Shown here piece after piece: positions 28,640 to 37,715 of a DNA stretch of 64,000 nt; the first letter of the stretch is position 1; each line of letters opens with the position of its first letter. Source of the stretch: Candidatus Methylomirabilota bacterium (GTDB lineage Bacteria > Methylomirabilota > Methylomirabilia > Rokubacteriales > CSP1-6). Position numbers and translations under genes: made by a program. A model generated the notes under the pieces. It did not search any database, was not told the origin of the DNA, and saw only the letters and a program-made list of their open reading frames with translations. The DNA is taken from contig DASYVT010000113.1 in assembly GCA_035936835.1 (NCBI GenBank), positions 8,072-72,071 on the forward strand, read 5' to 3'.

Positions 28640-29413
28640 ATGAAGACCAACTACCGCCTCGAAGGCCCTTCCGGAGCGCCCGTCGTCACGCTGACCCATC
28701 CGCTCGGCGTCACGCTCGCCCTCTGGGACGACCACGTGGCGGCCCTCACGAAGGGCTATCGTGTCCTGCGCTACGACGTGCGCGGCCACGGCGGCTCCGA
28801 GATCCCGCCGGGCCCGTACACCCTCGAGCAGATGGCGGACGATCTCTTCGATCTGCTGGATTCCCTCGGCATCGCGGAGACGCACTTCGTTGGCGTCTCC
28901 ATGGGCGGGCTCATCGGCATGACGGCGGCCCTCACGCGCCCGTCGAGGATCCGGAGCCTCGTGCTCTGCGACACGACGGCCTGCTACCGCCCCGGCGTGC
29001 GCCCGATGTGGGAGGACCGGATGCGCGTGGCCGAGAACGAAGGCATGACCGCGGCCCTCGTCGACCGCACCATGGCGATCTGGTTTACCGATGCGTTTCG
29101 CACCAAGCGTCCCGAGGTCGTGGAGCGCATCGCCGACATGCTGCGCAAGAGCGACCCGCGCGGCTACGCCGCCTCCATCCGCGCCATAGGCTTCGTGGAC
29201 CTCAGCGAGCGCGTCCGCGCCATCCGCTGCCCGACGCTGGTCGTAGTCGGCGAGCAGGACCCCGGCACCCCGCCCGCCATGGCCCGCGTCATCCACGAGC
29301 GCATCGTGGGCTCGGAGCTGCTCGTCCTCCCAGGTGCCATGCACTGCGCCGTCGTCGAGGACGCCGACCGCTTCCTGGCCGCTTTGGTCGATTTCCTCGG
29401 AGCGCGGAGCTAG
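28640..29413 (+). CDS. Alpha/beta hydrolase (3-oxoadipate enol-lactonase-like)
   Basis: VGVSMGG nucleophile elbow. N-terminal region typical of PcaD-like hydrolases. Confidence 0.75.
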   Translation: MKTNYRLEGPSGAPVVTLTHPLGVTLALWDDHVAALTKGYRVLRYDVRGHGGSEIPPGPYTLEQMADDLFDLLDSLGIAETHFVGVSMGGLIGMTAALTRPSRIRSLVLCDTTACYRPGVRPMWEDRMRVAENEGMTAALVDRTMAIWFTDAFRTKRPEVVERIADMLRKSDPRGYAASIRAIGFVDLSERVRAIRCPTLVVVGEQDPGTPPAMARVIHERIVGSELLVLPGAMHCAVVEDADRFLAALVDFLGARS

Positions 29414-29572
29414 CCCGGCGCGCGGGGACCGTTCAGGAAATGCTCGGCCATACCCTTCCCGGGCGGCGAGGTATTGATCCCCGGCGGTAATAGACTGCTG
29501 CCGATGCAACCTTCGGCGAACCATATGGTTCCGTCTATTTCTAGTTCGCCGCAACGGGGGAGCGACTGACCG

Positions 29573-30622
29573 TTGAGGAGCTTCATGCGCCGGCGCCGAG
29601 TCTGGAGACGCGCAAGGTCCATGCACGCCATCACGTTCATCGCCGTTCTCATCGCGCTTCTCGCCGTCGCAGTCCTCGTTGTGCCGCTCGCCGGCGAGGC
29701 ACAGCAGCCGGCGAGCCTCCCCCGCATAGGTTGGCTATCCCCGGGCTCCGTTTCTGACGCACGAACCTCGCGTTACCTTCAGGCCTTCCGGCAAGGCCTG
29801 CGCGAGCTGGGCTATGTGGAAGGTCAGAACATCGCCATTGAGTTCCGATGGGCGGAGGGGCAATACGACCGGCTACCCGGCCTCGCGGCCGAGCTGGTCC
29901 GTCTCAAGGTGAACGTCATCGTGACACCTAGTACGCCGGCGACCCGGGGGGCAAAGCAAGCGACGGAGACAATCCCCATCGTCATGACGTCGTCTGGTGA
30001 TCCTGTGGCGTCGGGACTCGTCGCCAGCCTCGCGCGCCCAGGAGGAAACATCACCGGGATGTCGACGATGACGCCCGAGCTGGTCGGGAAGCAGTTGGAG
30101 ATGCTCAAGGAGGTCGTCCCCAAGGTCTCTCGGGTGGCCCTCCTCGGGAATCCGGCCAATCCCTTCTACGCACAGCAGGTGCGAGAGGCGCAGGATGCGG
30201 CCCGGGCATTGGGGGTACGGCTTTAACCCCTGGAGGCACGGGACCCCAGCGAGATCGACCACGCCTTCGCGGCGATCACCACGGACCGGGTCGACGCCGT
30301 CATCCTTCTCGTGGACTCGGTGCTCCTGAATCACCGAACACGAATCGCCGACCACGCGGCACGGCGCCGCCTGCCGACGGTGTCCGGGCAGAGTGACGAC
30401 GCCGAGGCCGGTAGTCTCCTGGCTTACAGGCCAAGCCTCTCTGACAACTTTCGGCGGGCGGCCACCTACGTGGACAAGATCCTCAAGGGCGCCAAGGCTG
30501 CCGACCTCCCGGTCGAGCAGCCGAGGACGTTCGAGCTGGTGATCAACCTCAAGACGGCCAAGGCGCTGGGGCTGACGATCCCCCAGGCGCTGCTCCTGCG
30601 AGCGGACCGGGTCATCCAATGA
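29573..30622 (+). pseudogene. ABC_sub_bind (PF04392-type) substrate-binding protein gene interrupted by an in-frame TAA at 30224-30226
   Basis: Both ORF halves (29573-30226 and 30227-30622) align to a single SBP family. Reading through the TAA gives ...ALGVRL*PLEARDPSEIDHAFAAI..., where family members have Q. The C-terminus is the family-typical KAADLPVEQPRTFELVINLKTAKALGLTIP. Confidence 0.75.
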
Positions 30623-30725
30623 GCGTCTGAGCGGGAAGGATAGGGGTCAGGTCTTGAGTTCCAACATTCCCGTCGGCAGATGCGGCGGCCGCCAGGGGTG
30701 AAGGTGTCGGGATGATCTCGAACCG

Positions 30726-31691
30726 TCATCTGTGCCGAGGGCGCCGTCTTCCGCTGCTCTTGGGAGCTGGTTTCGCGCGTCGGCGGGTAGGCTTCGCGGA
30801 ACGTGAAGCCTTCCGCCCTCCCGCTCCCTGCTTCTCGAGCGCCGTCACCACCACCGCGAGATCTTCGCTGCCGTGGCCTGCCGCCTGGGCGGCGGCATAG
30901 AGGCGCTCGGCCAGGTCGGTGAAGGGGATTGGCGCGCCGACGGCCGCCGCGGCCTCCTGCATCAGGTGAAGGTCTTTCATGAAGAGGTCGAGCTTCATCT
31001 GGGCGGGGAACTCGTTGCGCACGATCATGGGGCCACGGACCTTCAGCATGGCCGACGCCGCGGCGCTCGAATTGAGCACCTCGAGCGTGAGATCGAGATC
31101 CAGGCCGGCCCTGCGCGCGAGGGTCAGGGCCTCGGCGGCCGCCGCGCTGTGGAGCGCCACGAGGAGATTGGCCACGAGTTTCAGCGTCATGGCCTGACCG
31201 ACGCGGCCGACGTGAACCACGCGCGGCAGGGCGAATTCGAGCACCGGCCGCCAGCGATCGTAGAGGGCACGCTCCCCTCCCACGAAGAAGCTGCCGTCGC
31301 CGCGCTCGATCATGGAGGTGGTGCCGCTGACGGGGCAGTCGAGGAAGCCCAGGCCCTTGCCCGTGACCTCGCGCGCCAGCCGCTCAGTGAGCGCCGGGGA
31401 GATCGTGCTCATCTGGATGACGGTGAGGCCCGGCCGCGCGCCAGCCAGGATGCCGTCACGCCCGAGCACCGCCGTCTCGGCTGCCGCGAGCGAGGGCAGG
31501 AGGGTGCAGACGGCCTCGGCCGATTGCGCGACGGCGGCGGCCGAGGGCGCGGCCTTGCCGCCCAGGGCGGTGAGGGCTGTGACGCGGGCGGGCAGGATGT
31601 CGAAGCCGACGACGACATGGCCCGCCTTGATGAAGCGCGAGGCGATGGCGGAGCCGAGGAGACCGAGCCCGACGATGCCGACGGCGGTCAT
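30726..31691 (-). CDS. NAD(P)-dependent oxidoreductase, 3-hydroxyisobutyrate dehydrogenase / 6PGDH family
   Basis: Motifs GIVGLGLLGSAIA and SGTTS. About 30 extra basic C-terminal residues before the stop. Confidence 0.8.
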   Translation of the reverse strand: MTAVGIVGLGLLGSAIASRFIKAGHVVVGFDILPARVTALTALGGKAAPSAAAVAQSAEAVCTLLPSLAAAETAVLGRDGILAGARPGLTVIQMSTISPALTERLAREVTGKGLGFLDCPVSGTTSMIERGDGSFFVGGERALYDRWRPVLEFALPRVVHVGRVGQAMTLKLVANLLVALHSAAAAEALTLARRAGLDLDLTLEVLNSSAAASAMLKVRGPMIVRNEFPAQMKLDLFMKDLHLMQEAAAAVGAPIPFTDLAERLYAAAQAAGHGSEDLAVVVTALEKQGAGGRKASRSAKPTRRRAKPAPKSSGRRRPRHR

Positions 31692-31695
31692 GGAG

Positions 31696-31806
31696 TCACA
31701 GCCCCCTCACCCTGCCCTCTCCCCCGGTGGGGGAGAGGGGACCCGTCTCCGGCAGAATGAGCCCGACGGCGACGAGAGCGAGCGTGATGCCGAGCAGCTT
31801 GCGCAT
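31696..31806 (-). CDS. Small (35-aa) hydrophobic peptide (MRKLLGITLALVAVGLILPETG...)
   Basis: Perfect AAGGAGG RBS 6 nt upstream of the ATG. Single TM or signal-like helix. The C-terminal codons are supplied by the REP hairpin. Confidence 0.4.
   Translation of the reverse strand: MRKLLGITLALVAVGLILPETGPLSPTGGEGRVRGL
31715..31739 (+). repeat. Second copy of the REP-like hairpin: CCCTCTCCCCC-ggt-GGGGGAGAGGG
   Basis: Near-identical to 28551-28573. It lies inside the 3' end of a small ORF. Confidence 0.7.
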
Positions 31807-31901
31807 GAGCGCCTCCTTGTCGATCTTCTGGCGCGACGGCGTGAGAAGTAGCACAGGGTCCGGGCGATGGCAACCGGCCTGCCCCACTGCGGGGGGTGAG
31901 G

Positions 31902-32444
31902 TCACCGCTGCGGGTCCGGCGAGTAGGGAATGGAGCCCGCGTATTCGGCCCGGAGGGGTGCCCATCGAAGCGCCCAGATCCGCGCGAGTGTCCCGGCGAG
32001 CTGTGCCAGATGGATGCGGTCGTGAGCCACCCATGCCGCGAGGATGTCGCGCCCCGAGAGGCGCCCGAGCCGTTTGTGAGTCCGCGATCCCTCGAGCGCC
32101 TCCGGCGTGACGGAAGCGAGCAGGTCGAGGCTGGCCTGGCGGCGCACCCGGAGCGCCTCAAGCACATCGGGCAAATTCGCCTCGTGGTAGCGCCGCTCTT
32201 TGGCCCAGCGCTCCGGATCGATCGGGGCGAATTCGTCGGCGCCGTCCACGATGACGCGCAGGCGGGCGCCGAAGTCTTCGGTCTCCTCATCGCGCAGGTG
32301 GCAGACGATCTCGACCGGCGACCACTCGTCCGTCGCCGGTCGCGTACGCGCGCCCGCCTCGTCGAGACCGGACAGCAGGGCCTCCAGTACCGAGGGCAGC
32401 CGCGCCAGCTCGCGGCGGGCTTCCACAAGGAGCGTATCGGTCAT
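31902..32444 (-). CDS. DinB/YfiT-like (DinB_2) metal-dependent hydrolase superfamily protein
   Basis: Conserved His positions (VCHLRDEE...AWVAHDRIHLAQL) in a 180-aa protein. Confidence 0.7.
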   Translation of the reverse strand: MTDTLLVEARRELARLPSVLEALLSGLDEAGARTRPATDEWSPVEIVCHLRDEETEDFGARLRVIVDGADEFAPIDPERWAKERRYHEANLPDVLEALRVRRQASLDLLASVTPEALEGSRTHKRLGRLSGRDILAAWVAHDRIHLAQLAGTLARIWALRWAPLRAEYAGSIPYSPDPQR

Positions 32445-32486
32445 TGGCTCACAACCTAAGTTGGGGCTCAGGCCATCACCTGGGGC

Positions 32487-33239
32487 TTACGCCATGACCT
32501 GGCCGCCGTTGACGTCGAGCGTGGCGCCGTTGATGAACGCCGCCGAGTCTGACGCGAGAAAGACCACGGCCTCGGCGATCTCCCCGGGCTCGCCCAGACG
32601 TCTCACGGGGATGGCCTCGGCCACCCGCCGCGTTTCCTCGGGCGTCCGGGCCTTCAGCACGCGCTCGGTCGCGGTGGTGCCGGGCGCCACCGCGTTGACG
32701 GTGATGCCGTCGGCGCCGACCTCGAGGGCCAAGTGACGCGTGAACCCGATCACGCCGGCCTTGGCCGCCGCGTAGTGGGAGGTGACGCGGACCGCGCCGG
32801 CGCGGCCGACCACGGAGGCCAGGTTCACGATCCGGCCGTAGCGCTGCCGCTTCATGATCGGCAGGACCGCCTTGGAGCAGAGGAACACGCTCGTCAGGTT
32901 GGAGGCGACGATTGCGTCCCATTCCTCTTCAGTGATGTCCTCGGTGGCGCGGATCACCGCGAAGCCGCCCGCGTTGTTGATGAGGATGTCCACCCGTCCC
33001 CAGCGCGCCAGGACGGCATCGAGAGCCCGGCCGATCTCGGCCGAGCGCGTCACGTCGGCACGGAGCGCGAGCATGTCGGCGCCGCGCCCTCGCAGCTTCT
33101 CCGCCAGCGCCTCCACACCGCCGCCGTCGAGGTCGAGCCCGGCGACGCGCGCGCCCTCGCGCACGCAGGTCTCGACGATGGCTGCGCCTATCCCCTTGGC
33201 CGCGCCCGTGACGATCGCAACTTTCCCGTCGAGCCGCAT
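32487..33239 (-). CDS. SDR family oxidoreductase (FabG-like)
   Basis: TGAAKGIG Rossmann motif, NNAG, and catalytic YxxxK (YAAAK). 250 aa from an internal ATG. The track ORF is a long N-terminal over-extension. Confidence 0.85.
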   Translation of the reverse strand: MRLDGKVAIVTGAAKGIGAAIVETCVREGARVAGLDLDGGGVEALAEKLRGRGADMLALRADVTRSAEIGRALDAVLARWGRVDILINNAGGFAVIRATEDITEEEWDAIVASNLTSVFLCSKAVLPIMKRQRYGRIVNLASVVGRAGAVRVTSHYAAAKAGVIGFTRHLALEVGADGITVNAVAPGTTATERVLKARTPEETRRVAEAIPVRRLGEPGEIAEAVVFLASDSAAFINGATLDVNGGQVMA

Positions 33240-33329
33240 CCTGGACCCCCTTGTGGTGAATGAGACGGATAGCATACCCGGAGCGCCGATGCTAGTCTTG
33301 GGCCCCGACAGCTCGATGGAGGGGATGAC

Positions 33330-34799
33330 ATGGCGAGAGTGAAGTTCCCATATGCGTGGCGCAGGTGGGGGGCCCCGGGGTTCGTCCTGGCGTTCGTAAC
33401 TCTCCTTGCCTCCCATGGCGCGGCTCAGCAACCGCCTGCCCGCGAGGCGGAGCAGCACGACATGCGGCTCCTTGCCCACGACGATCTCCAGGGCCGCTCG
33501 GCCTACCAGCCCGTCATCCATCACCAGGGCAATCGCTGGATCGCCTACGTCGGCCATCACGGCGGTACGCGGCTCAATCCGCTCACGGGCCAGGTCGAGC
33601 GGAACGGCACCTCCATCGTGGATGTGACGGACCCGCGCCGCGCCCGCTACCTCCACCACATTCCGGGCGCCTCCGGCGAGGCGGAGGCGGGTGGGGCATC
33701 GATGGTCCGGGTGTGCGACGGCAAGACACTTCCCCGTGGAACGGCCGAGAAAACGTATCTTCTTCGCACCCTCGGCAACCTCGCCCACGAGGTCTGGGAC
33801 GTCAGCGACCCTGCCCGTCCGGCATTCCTCACCACGGTGGTCTCCGGCCTCGACGCCACGCACAAGAACTGGTGGGAGTGCGACACGGGCATCGCCTACC
33901 TCGTCTCCGACGGGCGGCCCGCCGGCTGGCGAACCCATCGCATGACCAAGATTTACGATCTTTCCGATCCCGCGCAGCCGCGCTTCATTCGCGACTTCGG
34001 GCTCGTGGGTCAGGAGCCGGGGTCGACCGGGCCGGCGCCGGAGGGCGTGCACGGGCCCATCGCCTACCGGAAGCGCGTCTACTTCGCCTATGGCACGGGC
34101 GCGGACGGCGCGCTGCAGATCGTGGATCGCGACAAGCTCCTGGCCGGCGACCCGGGCGCCGCCGACCGGTTCGCGCCCACCAGGGAGAATCTCCTCTACC
34201 CGCAGGTGGGACGCCTCGACATGTCGCCCGCGTGGGGCGGGCACACGAGCTTCCCCATCCTGGGCGTGCCCATCACCGACAGGACGGGCGACGCCAAAGG
34301 GCAGGTGCGGGACTTCGTGCTGCTCGTCTCCGAGTCGCTCCGCAACGAGTGTCAGGAGTTTCGCCAGCTCACCTTCCTGGTGGACGTCACCACGGAGGCG
34401 CGCCCCTTCTCCGTCTCGACCTTCGAGGTGCCCGCCAACCCGGGCGACTTCTGCCGCCGGGGCGGGCGGTTCGGGCCGCATTCGAGCAGCGAGTCATTCA
34501 CGCCGATCTACCATGGCCGGCTCGTCTTCATCGCGTACTTCAACGCGGGCGTGCGCGCCGTGGACATCCGCGATCCCTTCCACCCGCGCGAGGTCGCGTA
34601 CTTCATCCCGGCGGCAACGGCCAATACCGACAAGCGCTGTGTCAAGGTGAATGGCGCCGACCGCTGCAAGGTCGCCATCCAGACCAACAATGTCGAGGTG
34701 GACGACCGTGGGCTCGTCTATCTCGCCGATCGCGCGAACACGGGAGTGCACATCGTGGAGCTCAGCGGGGCGGCGCGCGCCATCGCGCGCAAGCCCTAG
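33330..34799 (+). CDS. Secreted beta-propeller-like protein (LVIVD-repeat-like)
   Basis: Signal peptide and repeated hydrophobic-Asp beta-strand motifs (GLVYLADRANTGVHIVE). Family assignment is tentative. Confidence 0.55.
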   Translation: MARVKFPYAWRRWGAPGFVLAFVTLLASHGAAQQPPAREAEQHDMRLLAHDDLQGRSAYQPVIHHQGNRWIAYVGHHGGTRLNPLTGQVERNGTSIVDVTDPRRARYLHHIPGASGEAEAGGASMVRVCDGKTLPRGTAEKTYLLRTLGNLAHEVWDVSDPARPAFLTTVVSGLDATHKNWWECDTGIAYLVSDGRPAGWRTHRMTKIYDLSDPAQPRFIRDFGLVGQEPGSTGPAPEGVHGPIAYRKRVYFAYGTGADGALQIVDRDKLLAGDPGAADRFAPTRENLLYPQVGRLDMSPAWGGHTSFPILGVPITDRTGDAKGQVRDFVLLVSESLRNECQEFRQLTFLVDVTTEARPFSVSTFEVPANPGDFCRRGGRFGPHSSSESFTPIYHGRLVFIAYFNAGVRAVDIRDPFHPREVAYFIPAATANTDKRCVKVNGADRCKVAIQTNNVEVDDRGLVYLADRANTGVHIVELSGAARAIARKP

Positions 34800-34811
34800 G
34801 AGGCAGGCCGG

Positions 34812-35477
34812 ATGGGAAGCTTTATCGATCTCTCCGTCACCGTGGACTCGAGCACCATGAGCCCGCCTTCGACCAACATGCGGCTCGAGGTCACGCCGCA
34901 CAATCGGGGGCCCGGCTTCTGGCAGGTCTCGAGCGTCCACCAAAGCCTCCACACCGGGGCGCACATCGACTCGCCGCTCCACGTCTTCAAGAACGGCATC
35001 ACGACCGCGGAGATCTCGCTGGACCAGGTGATGGGAGAGGCGCTGGTCGTGGACCTCTCCTGGGTCGGCGCCAATCACGCGATCACGATCGACGACCTCA
35101 AGAAGGCCGGCGCCGGCGACGTCAAGCGCGGTGATATCGTCCTGCTGCGAACCGGCTGGACCGACAAGATGTACGGGACGTGGCCCGACTACTTCACGCA
35201 GTCGCCGTACTTCCCACCGGAGTCTGCGCAGTGGCTGGTGGACCGGGGTCCAAAAAACATCGGCTTCGACTTCTTCGAGGAGTACTGCGCGCGGCTGGCT
35301 GACTTCACCTCCGAGGATTTCGCGATGCACCGGGTCATCCTCGGCGCGGGCGTGGTCATCATGGAAGGGCTGACCAACCTGGGCGCGCTGCCCCGCCGCC
35401 GCGTCGACTTCGCCGCGCCCTTCTACAAGATCGCGGGCACCGAGGGGGCGCCCGCGCGCTTCTTCGCCACCGTCTAG
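34812..35477 (+). CDS. Cyclase family protein (kynurenine formamidase-like, PF04199)
   Basis: HxGxHxDxPxH motif (HTGAHIDSPLH). 221 aa. Confidence 0.8.
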   Translation: MGSFIDLSVTVDSSTMSPPSTNMRLEVTPHNRGPGFWQVSSVHQSLHTGAHIDSPLHVFKNGITTAEISLDQVMGEALVVDLSWVGANHAITIDDLKKAGAGDVKRGDIVLLRTGWTDKMYGTWPDYFTQSPYFPPESAQWLVDRGPKNIGFDFFEEYCARLADFTSEDFAMHRVILGAGVVIMEGLTNLGALPRRRVDFAAPFYKIAGTEGAPARFFATV

Positions 35478-35501
35478 GCACAGCTGACTCAGGAGGCGAC
35501 C

Positions 35502-36797
35502 ATGGAGAAATTCGAGTACTTCAGCGGAGTGCCCGAGGTCGGGATCGTGCCGCGCGCACCGCACGCGGGACCGCTCATGCGCCACGTGTACGAGCAGGAG
35601 CACGGCCGCGGCGGCTTCGCCGGCAAGGTCAGCCACACCTACCACCTCTACCCGCCCACGAACTGGCTGCCCGAGGAGAGCCGTCTGCTCGACGGCGCGA
35701 CCTTCGCGCCGCACTGGGAGTCGGCGCTCCGTCCTGTCGGCGGCGTCCACCACGCGCTCGGAGTGCTCAAGCCCGAGGCGCCGCGTGATGTCTATCGCGG
35801 CATGGGGCGCCTGATCGCCAACGCGACGGCGGCGATGAACGTGACGGCGCCGGCGGCGCCTATGGACTACTTCTTCGAGCACCACTCGGCTACCCTCGTC
35901 TTCTTCGTCCACGAGGGCTCGGGCACGCTCGAGACCACGTTTGGTCCCATCGCCTACCGCAAGGGCGACTTCCTGATCATCCCCAAGGGCATCACGCACC
36001 GCTTCGAGTGCGACCCGGGCCCGCAGTACTACTGGGTCTACGAGAGCTTCGCGGGCGACCCGGAGAAGGCCGAGGCCGTGACGACGGGGCAGTTCCTCAC
36101 CCACAGCCGGAGCGACTACAAATTCCCGCGCTCGCTCGACACGCGCAACGAAGCCGGGCGCTTCGAGATCGTCTCGAAGACCGACGGCACTTACGCGCGC
36201 CGCGTGCACGCGACGCATCCGTTCGACGCGGTCGGCTGGCGCGGCACGTACCTGCCGTACAAGTTCGCCGTGGAGGACGTGCGTCCCTTGGTCGCCGACC
36301 GCTCGCACGTGCCGCCCTCGGGGCACACGGTCTTCATCCTGCCCGGCTGCTACATCTGCGTCTTCACCGTGCGCTCGGCCGAGAAGGAAGGGCTCTGGGT
36401 GCCCTTCTTCCACAACAATCTCGACTACTGCGAGACTCTCGGGTACCACACCGGCAAGTTCTTCAGCCGCGGCGGTGTTTTTTCGGAGGGCATGGTTTCG
36501 GTGCACCCCGTCGGGCTGCCCCACGGGCCCCATCCCAAGGCCCTCGGGGCCCTTCTTGACGACAAGCGCCCGCAGCTCTTCGGAGAGGTCGGCATCATGG
36601 CGGACTTCGCCAACCCGGCGAAGATCTCCGACTTCGCGCTCGGGCTGTCACGGCCCGACTACATGGCGAGCTGGTCGGGCTACACGACGGAGCCGCGCTT
36701 TCTCTACGACCCGGGACGATTGGCGAAGGTGCGGAGCGAGGCCGAGCGCCTGGCGGACGCCCGCGACACGCTGAGGCCTGGAGCATCGGAGGAGTAG
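35502..36797 (+). CDS. Homogentisate 1,2-dioxygenase family protein
   Basis: Motif GDFLIIPKGITHRFE. C-terminal region HNNLDYCETLGY...FSEGMVSVHPVGLPHGPHP matches the HgmA active-site region. 431 aa. Confidence 0.65.
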   Translation: MEKFEYFSGVPEVGIVPRAPHAGPLMRHVYEQEHGRGGFAGKVSHTYHLYPPTNWLPEESRLLDGATFAPHWESALRPVGGVHHALGVLKPEAPRDVYRGMGRLIANATAAMNVTAPAAPMDYFFEHHSATLVFFVHEGSGTLETTFGPIAYRKGDFLIIPKGITHRFECDPGPQYYWVYESFAGDPEKAEAVTTGQFLTHSRSDYKFPRSLDTRNEAGRFEIVSKTDGTYARRVHATHPFDAVGWRGTYLPYKFAVEDVRPLVADRSHVPPSGHTVFILPGCYICVFTVRSAEKEGLWVPFFHNNLDYCETLGYHTGKFFSRGGVFSEGMVSVHPVGLPHGPHPKALGALLDDKRPQLFGEVGIMADFANPAKISDFALGLSRPDYMASWSGYTTEPRFLYDPGRLAKVRSEAERLADARDTLRPGASEE

Positions 36798-36808
36798 AGC
36801 CGCTTAGG

Positions 36809-37657
36809 ATGGCCTGCGGCGCCGCGCGCGACATCGAGGTGAACGGTCTGCGCCTCCGGCTCCACGAGTGGGGCGAGCCCGGCAGGACGCCGGCGCTCCT
36901 CCTCCACTCGCTGGCGGCCCACAGCCACTGGTGGGACTGGACCGCGCCGCTCCTGGCCGAGCGCTTCTCCGTCGCCGCCCTCGACTTGCGCGGCCACGGC
37001 GGCAGCGGCTGGTCCGAGCCCCCTGCCTACCGGCCCGCGGACTACGCCGCCGACATCGTCGCCGTCCTCGACGCCCTCGGCTGGCGGTCTCCGCTCGTCA
37101 TCGGTCACTCGCTGGGAGGCTACGTCGGCGCGTATCTCGCCGCCCGATTCCCAGATCGGGTGGGCGCCCTCGTCATCACCGACACCATGACCCAATGGTC
37201 GGAGGACGAGACGGCTTGGGCGCTCAAGCAGGTCGAGCGCCCGGGCCCTGAGTTCGCGAATCCGTCCGAGGCGGGCGCGCGCTACCGGCTCTCGCCGCCG
37301 GAGACGAAGGCGCCCGCGGACTGGATCCGCCATCTCGGCGAGGCGGCCGTCGTCGAACGGAAGTGCGGCGTCTGGCACTACGCTTTCGATCGTCGCGTCT
37401 TCGCCCAGGCGCGGCCCGACGCCTGGCCGCTCCTGCCCGGCGTCGTCTGCCCCACGCTTGTGGTGCGCGGCGAGGGCAGCCGGATCATGGACCGCGACGC
37501 GTGGCTCCGCGTCGCCACCGCGGTGCAGCGCGGCCAGTTCGCCGAGGTGAAGGACGCCTGGCACCACTTGATCCTCGACGACCCCGCGGGCTTCTGCTCG
37601 ATCGTGACAACCTGGCTCGATCGGGTCGTGACGCCCAGCCCGGCACGCCGCGGGTGA
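36809..37657 (+). CDS. Alpha/beta hydrolase
   Basis: GHSLGG nucleophile elbow and HG oxyanion motif (LLLHSLAAHS). Confidence 0.75.
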   Translation: MACGAARDIEVNGLRLRLHEWGEPGRTPALLLHSLAAHSHWWDWTAPLLAERFSVAALDLRGHGGSGWSEPPAYRPADYAADIVAVLDALGWRSPLVIGHSLGGYVGAYLAARFPDRVGALVITDTMTQWSEDETAWALKQVERPGPEFANPSEAGARYRLSPPETKAPADWIRHLGEAAVVERKCGVWHYAFDRRVFAQARPDAWPLLPGVVCPTLVVRGEGSRIMDRDAWLRVATAVQRGQFAEVKDAWHHLILDDPAGFCSIVTTWLDRVVTPSPARRG

Positions 37658-37715
37658 CGTTCTTGACGGCGCCTGCGGGCGCCCGTATGCTGAAGCACTT
37701 TCCTACGTCACCTGG

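Noticed and set aside
29414-29572. Lower-GC 159-nt intergenic region, checked for a tRNA or riboswitch
   Set aside because: No T-loop (GTTCRANYC) or cloverleaf could be assembled, and no recognisable riboswitch core. It is probably just the 5' UTR/promoter of the SBP pseudogene.
27290-29626. 778-aa minus-strand ORF opposite the LLM and lactonase genes
   Set aside because: Antisense artefact of high GC. The plus-strand genes have clear family signatures.
31312-31851. 179-aa plus-strand ORF opposite the HIBADH gene and the small peptide ORF
   Set aside because: Antisense, low complexity. It contains the REP hairpin only by chance.
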